A DNA stretch of 32,000 bases, taken from assembly GCA_035400625.1 (NCBI GenBank), contig DAOMZT010000001.1, forward strand, positions 90,001 through 122,000, in the 5' to 3' direction. The position numbers were made by a program, and so were the translations under genes. The notes under the pieces were generated by a model. That model searched no databases. It had not been told where the DNA came from and saw nothing but the letters and a program-made list of their open reading frames with translations. The DNA is from an archaeon. GTDB lineage: Archaea > Iainarchaeota > Iainarchaeia > Iainarchaeales > CSSED10-239. Of the stretch, positions 15,794 through 23,167 are shown in pieces (within the stretch, counting starts at the first letter, position 1; every line of letters starts with the position of its first letter).

Positions 15794-16711
15794 GTGAAAT
15801 ATATGATAGATAGAGAAATTCAAAGAATTGCAAAAGATATAAAAGATATAAAAATACAGGGTGCTAGTAAGATTGAACTTGCAGCAGTAAATGGCATAAA
15901 AGAACACATATCTAAAAGCAAACTAGAAGGAAACGACTTTTTGGGAGATGTAGTAAAAAACATAAACCATTTGATTTCTCAAAGACCAAATGAGCCAAAA
16001 CTTAGAAATTCTCTTTCTTATATTTGGCACATGGCAAACAAATATCCTAGCATGACAAATAGAGACATATTGATAGACTATATTGAACACTATGAAAGAA
16101 ACACAAAAAAAGGCAATGATCTTATTGCTGAATATTCTGCGCAGTTAATAACAAACGGCTCAAGAATACTTACTCATTGCCATTCTAATCTTGTAGAAAT
16201 GGCATTTAAAAAGGCTTATGATAATGGTATTGACTTTGAAGTCATATGCACAGAGACCAGACCAAAATATCAGGGAAGGATTACTGCCAAAGCTTTATGT
16301 GAATATGGCATAAAGACCACACAAATTGTAGATTCCTCTGTTGCATCATATCTTAAAAAAACAGATTTGTTTTTGACAGGCGCTGATGTTGTTCTTCATA
16401 ATGGTTCTATCATGAACAAGATTGGAACACACACAATTAGCATTGCCGCCAAGCATTTTAAGACACCACATATTGTTCTAACTTCAACTCATTGTATAGA
16501 AACAGATATTTTTGTTTCTTTAAATGAAACTGTAGAAGAAAGAGATACTGATGAGGTTTGGAAAGCAGAAGACGGCAGGCCAAAAAATCTTGTGCTTAAA
16601 AATCCATCTTTTGATATCACTCCAAGCGAATTAATTGATAAATTTATAACAGAAGAAGGGGTGTTCTCTCCAGAGACTCTTGCTATCTGGAACAGAAAAA
16701 ACCAGAAGTGA
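15794..16711 (+). CDS. eIF-2B alpha/beta/delta-family protein (aIF-2BII or ribose-1,5-bisphosphate isomerase)
   Basis: 305 aa (GTG at 15794, alternative ATG at 15803). Motifs are ILTHCHSN, VICTETRPKYQGR, LTGADVVLHNGSIMNKIGT and HIVLTS. The two family functions cannot be separated by eye. Confidence 0.8.
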   Translation: MKYMIDREIQRIAKDIKDIKIQGASKIELAAVNGIKEHISKSKLEGNDFLGDVVKNINHLISQRPNEPKLRNSLSYIWHMANKYPSMTNRDILIDYIEHYERNTKKGNDLIAEYSAQLITNGSRILTHCHSNLVEMAFKKAYDNGIDFEVICTETRPKYQGRITAKALCEYGIKTTQIVDSSVASYLKKTDLFLTGADVVLHNGSIMNKIGTHTISIAAKHFKTPHIVLTSTHCIETDIFVSLNETVEERDTDEVWKAEDGRPKNLVLKNPSFDITPSELIDKFITEEGVFSPETLAIWNRKNQK

Positions 16712-16713
16712 TG

Positions 16714-16974
16714 TTATTCCTCATACCAATTTTCATATTGTTTGTGATTCCCTACAAAATGAATTGATTTGGTTTTTGTTGCTTCTTCAACAACAAAACA
16801 AATACGATATTGTCCAACTTCTTCTACGCAGTATTTTGATTGATGTAATCGTCTATGATTTGACATCGTCATAAGTTGAAAAATTTTCTTCAAAATGCGA
16901 ATTTGAACTTTTTTATCAAATTTACGAAAATATCTATCCCAATTTGGTATAGTATCAATCTTCCATTCAGTCAT
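16714..16974 (-). CDS. RelE/ParE-superfamily type II toxin
   Basis: 86 aa. It has the W.I....D...RKFDKKVQIRILKKI head and the GQYRICFVVEE....SIHFVGNHKQY tail typical of RelE-like mRNA interferases. There is a 4-nt (ATGA) overlap with the upstream small gene. Confidence 0.65.
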   Translation of the reverse strand: MTEWKIDTIPNWDRYFRKFDKKVQIRILKKIFQLMTMSNHRRLHQSKYCVEEVGQYRICFVVEEATKTKSIHFVGNHKQYENWYEE

Positions 16975-17237
16975 AGTTTATCCAAGAGGTGCTTATATTT
17001 TTTCATGGCTTTATCATAAGGGATATATTTTTGATTTTTCTTTTTCATTAGTTCTTGTTCTTTTTGCATTTTTTTTGCAACCAATTCAAGTTCTATATCT
17101 TTTACAATTCCATATTCTTTGTTAAAAGACAACATACCCATCCTTAGAGCTTCGTTTTTTGTTTTTGCAATACCTAACTCTACTGCTTTATTTAAAACCA
17201 AGTCCATAAAACCATCTGTTGAAACACTCATTCTCAT
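16971..17237 (-). CDS. putative antitoxin of the RelE-like toxin
   Basis: 88 aa. It lies upstream of and is translationally coupled to the toxin. A GGAG sits 6-7 nt before the ATG. The protein is helical and K/E-rich, and the family was not recognised by eye. Confidence 0.5.
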   Translation of the reverse strand: MRMSVSTDGFMDLVLNKAVELGIAKTKNEALRMGMLSFNKEYGIVKDIELELVAKKMQKEQELMKKKNQKYIPYDKAMKKYKHLLDKL

Positions 17238-17258
17238 GTTAAACTCCTTGCATCATTT

Positions 17259-17277
17259 TGGTGTAATTTTTACACCA
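17259..17277. promoter_or_regulatory. perfect inverted repeat (tGGTGTAA-ttt-TTACACCa); candidate antitoxin operator
   Basis: 8-bp arms with a 3-nt spacer. It sits 22-40 nt upstream of the antitoxin ATG (17237), inside the TA promoter/leader region. Confidence 0.4.
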
Positions 17278-17412
17278 CACATATTTTAAGAACAAAACAA
17301 TTTAAATGAGTTTCTTTTAATATATTTTGGAATTTTTACTTAATAAAACCAATAGTTGACTTTTTTTGTAATATTTAAGAAATAACCTAAAAAAATAGCA
17401 AAAATACAAACT

Positions 17413-19866
17413 TTAAAAATCCATTAGGCCTGTTTGCTTGGTGTTTGTGATTAGCTCGTCTTTTGAGATGTCTAACTCCCCAAGTATTGGAAGTATTGCA
17501 GGAACTAACTGGTTGTTAATGTAATAATCAGAATCATAATCTTTTTCCTTAACAAATTCAGCAATCTGGGACTTGTCAGAAATTGTCTTTCCTGATTTGT
17601 CAGTAATAATATATTCTACAAGATCCCCAACCTTAAATTTCTTACCAGCTTTTTTAGCGTTCTTTACTGCTGCCATTGCAGGATTAAGGGTCTTGTAGCT
17701 TTCTAAGGACTTGTGAACAAAAGTCTGAATAATCAATTTAGAATTTGGAATTTCTTTTTTCTTTAAATCCTCAATTATTAACTGCACATACTTTAGTGCT
17801 TTCTTTGAGTCCTGCTCTTTTAAAACAAGTTTTAAAATTTCTTTTTGTGTTTCCTTAACAAGAGGACACCAATCATGCCTTACATACTCAAAGCCTTTTA
17901 TCTTGAGGTTTCCATTATAATCAAGAAGAGCATATTTCTTCTTTGCTGCTCTTTCCTTGTCTCTTGCACGCACAAACAATCCTGACAAATATATGTCTTC
18001 TAGTTCTAGATGCATAGCTTTAGGAATAATAGAATTAACATAATTTATGTCTTCCTTTAGTTTTTCAACATTTCTAAAATCAATAAAACAAGAATCTGTG
18101 TCTCCATAAATTACTAGATAACCAAGCTTTTCAAATTCTTTAATAACTTCTTGAATCTTGGATCTCACTAGATGATACATGATTTCAAGAGATGGCTTAG
18201 AATACCAGCGAGCACCAGCAAAGCCCATATAGCCATAGGTTGATGCTAAAAATATCTTTAAGGCATATTGTTTAGCATACATGTTTCTGTATTCTTGTGT
18301 GTCTTTAGATAGCTGTTTTGCTTTTTCTTTATAGCCTGCTCTTAAAGCCAATAATTCTTCTAATATCTCTGGAACAAAGCCTCTTTTATTCTTGCATATG
18401 TAGTGGCCAGCAATAACATTTGTTTTTTCACAACAAGAACAATCAACAGTTTCTGGAGAAATGTTATAGGACATCATAATTGATATGTGATAGCTTCTAA
18501 AATCCAGAACTGCTATGTTCTTGTGAAGGCCAGGAATTGGGGCTTTAACAAATGCTCCAATAAAGGTGTGTTTCTGTCTTTCTGCAATTTCTTCTCCTCT
18601 TGGCTTGTTTGGAATAATCTTGTTTTTATTATAATAATATTTGAAAAATAATCTTTCAACCATTGCTCCTGCAGAAGAAAAAACAATGTCATTAACAGGG
18701 TAGTTAATAAAATCAGAAATTTCAAAAGCAATTGGAGTGTAGTTGTTTGCAAGTTCTAAAGTTGCTAAAATATCATCAAGATTATAATCTATGATCTTGT
18801 AATATTTATCTGAAAGATAATATTCTCTCATTTCTTTTGGAGTAAGTGTAAGCTTTGGATTTCCTGTCAGTTTTGAATACAAGGAATTTAAATCTAGCTT
18901 AGGGTAATTAAAAACTTGCAGATATCTTAATAATCTCATTAAGGCATAGATGTCTATATGAACAGTTCCTTCAAGATTTACTTTTTTGTGTTGTGATCTT
19001 GAAAAGACCAACCGACTATTTGAGAATTTTAAGTTTTTTCCTGTTCGTGCCTTGTAGGTTTTTTCTAAATATTCAAAATCAAATATGCCATTGTAGGTGT
19101 AAACAATATCTGGGTTTTTAGAATTTACATATTCTGTAAAACCATCTATTAACTTTGCTTCATCATTAAAAAGCCTAATGTCTAAAAACTGATAATGTTT
19201 TTTTAGCTCTTCTTTTCTTTTTTCAAGATCGTCTTTTTTATCTATTAAAAAGAATACTGCTTTGTCTTTGTTTGTATCAGCATAAGAAATTGAAATGATT
19301 TTGTCAACGCCAGGTTTTGGAAAAGATAAATTTTCTGGAACTAGCACTTCTATGTCAAAGACACAGGACAATAAACCATCTAAACTCATATCTGATTTTG
19401 GGATAATATCTGTTATCTTTCCTTGATCATCTAAAGTGTAATCTACGAGTTTAAAATTACTTAGGCCTTTATCCATTAAGAACCTATAGACAAAAGGAAT
19501 GTCATATTCAAACAACTTATATTTCTTATCTGGGAAAGCATTATTTTCAAGAATATGATTTCTGGTCTTTACTAAATCCTCTACTGTTTCAAAAACCAGC
19601 TTGTAGGTGTTTTCTTCTTTTTGAATAATTCCTAGAACATTTTCCTGGGTTTTTAGATTTTCAATATCTTCAGAATTAAGTTTTTGGTTTAAAGAAAGAT
19701 AGAAGTAGGGTTGATAGTCTACTGGATAGGTTTCTTTTTTTTGATCTTTTTTAATAGTTACAAAAAGTTGGCTTTCTTTGTAGTAGGCATCAATAAAAAT
19801 TCCTGTGTTTTTTTTTAATTCTTGATTATTTTCTTGTTTTGGTGTTTTTTTAAATATATTGAACAT
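17413..19866 (-). CDS. polB: DNA polymerase, family B
   Basis: 817 aa. Motifs are Exo I CVFDIEV, SYHISIMMSYNISPET (SLYPSII-type), KIFLASTYGYMG (motif B region) and VIYGDTDSCFI (motif C). The C-terminus QTGLMDF is PIP-like. There is no intein. Confidence 0.95.
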   Translation of the reverse strand: MFNIFKKTPKQENNQELKKNTGIFIDAYYKESQLFVTIKKDQKKETYPVDYQPYFYLSLNQKLNSEDIENLKTQENVLGIIQKEENTYKLVFETVEDLVKTRNHILENNAFPDKKYKLFEYDIPFVYRFLMDKGLSNFKLVDYTLDDQGKITDIIPKSDMSLDGLLSCVFDIEVLVPENLSFPKPGVDKIISISYADTNKDKAVFFLIDKKDDLEKRKEELKKHYQFLDIRLFNDEAKLIDGFTEYVNSKNPDIVYTYNGIFDFEYLEKTYKARTGKNLKFSNSRLVFSRSQHKKVNLEGTVHIDIYALMRLLRYLQVFNYPKLDLNSLYSKLTGNPKLTLTPKEMREYYLSDKYYKIIDYNLDDILATLELANNYTPIAFEISDFINYPVNDIVFSSAGAMVERLFFKYYYNKNKIIPNKPRGEEIAERQKHTFIGAFVKAPIPGLHKNIAVLDFRSYHISIMMSYNISPETVDCSCCEKTNVIAGHYICKNKRGFVPEILEELLALRAGYKEKAKQLSKDTQEYRNMYAKQYALKIFLASTYGYMGFAGARWYSKPSLEIMYHLVRSKIQEVIKEFEKLGYLVIYGDTDSCFIDFRNVEKLKEDINYVNSIIPKAMHLELEDIYLSGLFVRARDKERAAKKKYALLDYNGNLKIKGFEYVRHDWCPLVKETQKEILKLVLKEQDSKKALKYVQLIIEDLKKKEIPNSKLIIQTFVHKSLESYKTLNPAMAAVKNAKKAGKKFKVGDLVEYIITDKSGKTISDKSQIAEFVKEKDYDSDYYINNQLVPAILPILGELDISKDELITNTKQTGLMDF

Positions 19867-19893
19867 AATTAAAAACTATTTAAAAATAAGAAA

Positions 19894-20541
19894 TTATATA
19901 AGGCTTATAAAGAAAATTAAAGCCATTAACAATAAAGTTAATGCAATCTTGTAGATTGGTTTTTTAACTTTAAATCCAATTTCTGTAAACTCGTAAAGCA
20001 TTATTATCCAATAAACAATCATGAATATTGTTAATAAAAATAATAATATTAAGCCAATTGTGTTTGCGAATGTTAATTCTGGGAATAGTGTTGTGCTATT
20101 TATTAAATTTGGGTTAACTGCAAGCATTTGAAGAGAAGAAATCAATGATGGAAATAATATAAAGACAATCAATGTGCAAAGAATTGTGTAGATGATTGAT
20201 GTTGCTCTAAATGCAGCAATTGTAGAAAGAACTTTTTCATAAGGTCTTTTTGGAAGATCTTTTTGCCCTCTTATAAAGTACATTATTAGAAAGATTGCTA
20301 AGCCTAAGAGTAGCCATGTTAGAATAACTCCTGTTAGAAACTGATTAAGTATATAAAAGCCTATATCTTGGCCTTTTAATAGCAAATAAATCAAGATATT
20401 AACAATAATTGCAAAAAGAACAATCAATATGCTTTCTCTTATATTTATTTTATTATAGAAATAATCAATTATTGCTTTTGGTCCTCTTTTAGGCTTATAG
20501 ACCTCTGGTAAGTTAGTTTCAGTTTTTCTAGCTACAGACAT
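19894..20541 (-). CDS. hypothetical 5-TM membrane protein (possibly Yip1-like)
   Basis: 215 aa. A polar N-terminal head is followed by about five hydrophobic helices. The family assignment is a guess based on size and topology only. Confidence 0.5.
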   Translation of the reverse strand: MSVARKTETNLPEVYKPKRGPKAIIDYFYNKINIRESILIVLFAIIVNILIYLLLKGQDIGFYILNQFLTGVILTWLLLGLAIFLIMYFIRGQKDLPKRPYEKVLSTIAAFRATSIIYTILCTLIVFILFPSLISSLQMLAVNPNLINSTTLFPELTFANTIGLILLFLLTIFMIVYWIIMLYEFTEIGFKVKKPIYKIALTLLLMALIFFISLI

Positions 20542-20562
20542 TATTTCACCAAATTTAATATA

Positions 20563-20588
20563 TTTTATCTAAATATATTTAGATAAAA
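20563..20588. promoter_or_regulatory. 26-bp perfect palindrome overlapping the probable TATA region of the 19894..20541 gene
   Basis: The sequence ttttatctaaatatatttagataaaa reads identically on both strands. Its centre is ~34 nt upstream of the ATG at 20541. Confidence 0.4.
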
Positions 20589-20627
20589 GAATATATAAAT
20601 GTTATGAAAAAGAAGAAAAAGAGATTT

Positions 20628-20655
20628 AAAAAATAATGAAGCAAGAAATGCTTGC
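20628..20655 (-). terminator. weak hairpin plus oligo-T downstream of the pilin-like gene pair
   Basis: On the minus strand, GCAAG-cattt-CTTGC is followed by ttcattaTTTTTT, ~30 nt after the stop at 20686. The stem is only 5 bp. Confidence 0.3.
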
Positions 20656-20685
20656 CTCATCTAGATCTTGGAGAATAGATTTTAT

Positions 20686-21489
20686 CTATGGTCTTGGGGT
20701 TGGGGGTCTTACTGACCCACCACCTATATCTTCTTCTCTGCCTATTGGATCTATTGGGTCTGCTGATACCTTATTTTTTATATAGTTTCCAACAAAGATA
20801 TCGCTATCTTCATATCCTTCTTTAACAGCTATTGCTTTGAGAGTGGTGGTTTGGGTAATTTGTATTGCTTTTCCCCCTCCTTTAAATTCTGAACTTGCTG
20901 TTGTTGGTGTAGACCCATTTGTAGTATAATAGATTGTTGCACCTTTTGTTGCACAACTTAATGAAACAGATATAGAGCTATTAAACAACCCTGGTGCAGG
21001 GTCTGCTGTCGGGGTTTCTACTTTTAATCTTTTTGCGTTTGTGTTTGAGATGTTTTCCAAATTTATATATTTATTATCTGAAGTTATTAGAACAACAGTT
21101 ACTTTTGAATCTGCAACACCAAGATCAAAAAAATTTTCTAAATCAAAAGTATTAACTCCTTCTTCTAAAATTAGTGGTGTGTTAAATGTTTTTTCTTCAC
21201 TTTCTTTATTTTCTGAAATAATTTTGTATTTTGTAATTTCTATGTTTTGTGATTCTAAATCTGCTGGTGGGCTATACCTAAATTTAACAACCCCAGCATC
21301 TATTTTTTCTGGATAAACAAAATCGCTTGCATTATATTTTGTTTCAGTTACTGTTTGGGCTTGGTTTACTCCTTTGTCTGTGTAGCCACGACCCCAACTT
21401 AGTAATATTCCTCCTAAAATTACAGCAACAAAAACTAAAAGTACAGTTATGATTATTGCTGATACTCCTTTATTATTTAATTTTTTCAT
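20686..21489 (-). CDS. archaeal type IV pilin-like protein (class III signal peptide) fused to a chitobiase/beta-hexosaminidase C-terminal-like domain
   Basis: 267 aa. N-terminus MKKLNNKG|VSAIIITVLLVFVAVILGGILLSWG matches the archaeal pilin/archaellin N-terminal domain. Residues ~160-237, PGLFNSSISVSLSCATKGATIYYTTNGSTPTTASS...TTTLKAIAVKEGYEDSDI, match the CHB_HEX_C-type pattern. The tail is Pro-rich. Confidence 0.75.
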   Translation of the reverse strand: MKKLNNKGVSAIIITVLLVFVAVILGGILLSWGRGYTDKGVNQAQTVTETKYNASDFVYPEKIDAGVVKFRYSPPADLESQNIEITKYKIISENKESEEKTFNTPLILEEGVNTFDLENFFDLGVADSKVTVVLITSDNKYINLENISNTNAKRLKVETPTADPAPGLFNSSISVSLSCATKGATIYYTTNGSTPTTASSEFKGGGKAIQITQTTTLKAIAVKEGYEDSDIFVGNYIKNKVSADPIDPIGREEDIGGGSVRPPTPRP

Positions 21490-21496
21490 ATTTTAT

Positions 21497-23107
21497 CTAA
21501 TCTCCTGTATTAAATATTAAATAAGGATAACCATTATTTTTGTTTGGATCAATTGCCCAAACATTTGTAAAATCCCAACCAACATAAGTTTGTTGTTGTT
21601 TCATTTCTTCTGTTGTTTTTGGGGCTCCTTTGCCAGTATCTGATTGCTCAGAAGTATTTGTATCATATACTGAATAATAAATATCGCTTGCATTACCACC
21701 TCCAACAAACCCCCCGACATTTGAAACACCAGTCACCCTGCCAGCTGAGAAAGAATAATAAATATAGCCACTAGGAGTAGGTGGAAAACCCATACCACTT
21801 CCAATTTTGTTCATACCCACTAATCCACCAACATAATCATTTCCTGAAACCTCACATAAAGAATAGGAATTATAAATTTTTCCTCCATTTATTCCAATTG
21901 TACCACCAACATAGTTTCCAGAACTAGTAATTGATCCTTTTGAGTGTACTTTGCTTATAATGCCTTTATTGTCGCCAACAATGCCTCCAACATTGTCTCC
22001 ATTTGAATTAATAATTATATTTGAATTACTATTTTCAATATTGCCAAAATTTCTTCCAATTAATCCACCAGCATAAGCTCCACTAGAATTTATCTGCCCA
22101 GTGAAACTTGAAAAATTTAAATCTCCACCAATTGAATTAAAACCGCCATAAGTGTTTTTTCCAACTAATCCTCCCACGTAACTTTCTCCATTAATTGTGC
22201 CTGAAGAATGAACATTAGAAATTATAGCATACATTGCAAAATTTGCAGCAATACTTCCTACATTTTGATTGCCAGTAATATTTACATCTTTTAAAATTAA
22301 ATTTTTTATTTCTATAGTTTTTCCTTCATTATATGCTACAAATCCAAAAAGCCCAATATTATCGTTATCTGTATTTATATATAGATTACTTATTGTGTGA
22401 TTTTGACCATCAAAAATGCCATTAAAACCATTTTCAAAATCAGTGCCGATTGGCTCCCAGCCCTCTTCTTCTCTTCTTGAATAACATTTAAGATCTATGT
22501 CTTTTCCAAGAACGTAATTTGCATCAAGATTTAACCTTACTGCATTTAAGTCATCTGCATTACATACTACTATCGGGTCTTCTTCTGTACCAGTACCACC
22601 AGAAGAACAAACCATGTCTGGATCTCTAACACTAATATCTATGTATTTGTAATCAGCTGTTATTAGCTTTAAATCTACCTTGTCTTTAACACTATGCTCA
22701 TATAAACAATCAAGCACCAAAACATTTTGAGAATTTGCAGAAAAAGTAAATGGCGTCTCAAGTTGTATTGGTTCCATGCCTGAAACATTTGCAATCTTAT
22801 AACCAGTAATTGTTATTTCTTTATCTTCAATATCTGCAGGAGGATTATAATTAAATAACAATACTCCATTTTGCATCTCTTTTGGATAAATAAAGCTTTC
22901 AGCATCTGAAACAGTAAAATTGTCTATATCATTAGTTCTTTCAAGGCTCTTGTTTGTGTGTTCCCGACCAAAAGATAATATCAATAGAACTAAAATTGTA
23001 GAAATTACAATTAGAATTATTACTGTAACAATCGGTGTTATACCTCGTTGTTTGATATTTTTAGAAATATTAGTCATATTAATCGAATTATTATAAGCTA
23101 AAAACAT
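21497..23107 (-). CDS. archaeal type IV pilin-like protein (class III signal peptide) fused to a GLUG-repeat adhesin-type domain
   Basis: 536 aa; the true start is probably the ATG at 23077 (MTNISKNIKQRG|ITPIVTVIILIVISTILVLL). The middle is PIVVCNADDLNAV...YVLGKDIDL...WEPIG..FNGIFDGQNHTISNL...GLFG. Repeated (Y/N)VGG(L/I)VG units follow. The C-terminus is YVGWDFTNVWAIDPNKNNGYPYL. Confidence 0.75.
   Translation of the reverse strand: MFLAYNNSINMTNISKNIKQRGITPIVTVIILIVISTILVLLILSFGREHTNKSLERTNDIDNFTVSDAESFIYPKEMQNGVLLFNYNPPADIEDKEITITGYKIANVSGMEPIQLETPFTFSANSQNVLVLDCLYEHSVKDKVDLKLITADYKYIDISVRDPDMVCSSGGTGTEEDPIVVCNADDLNAVRLNLDANYVLGKDIDLKCYSRREEEGWEPIGTDFENGFNGIFDGQNHTISNLYINTDNDNIGLFGFVAYNEGKTIEIKNLILKDVNITGNQNVGSIAANFAMYAIISNVHSSGTINGESYVGGLVGKNTYGGFNSIGGDLNFSSFTGQINSSGAYAGGLIGRNFGNIENSNSNIIINSNGDNVGGIVGDNKGIISKVHSKGSITSSGNYVGGTIGINGGKIYNSYSLCEVSGNDYVGGLVGMNKIGSGMGFPPTPSGYIYYSFSAGRVTGVSNVGGFVGGGNASDIYYSVYDTNTSEQSDTGKGAPKTTEEMKQQQTYVGWDFTNVWAIDPNKNNGYPYLIFNTGD
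21685..22360 (-). repeat. about seven tandem GLUG-type peptide repeats (protein level)
   Basis: Repeats are GLFGFV, NVGSIAANF, YVGGLVGKN, YAGGLIGRN, NVGGIVGDN, YVGGTIGIN, YVGGLVGMN and NVGGFVGGG, spaced ~20-30 aa apart. Confidence 0.65.
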
Positions 23108-23167
23108 ATTTAAATATTACTTATTTTTAAAAGCTTTTATAAATTTTTATAACACTATATTCTATTA

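Noticed and set aside
20686-23107. Diversity-generating retroelement (template/variable repeat) acting on the paralogous pilin-adhesin genes.
   Set aside because: The similarity between the two genes is at protein level in the N-module only. I see no long near-identical DNA repeat with adenine-specific mismatches, and there is no reverse transcriptase in the window.
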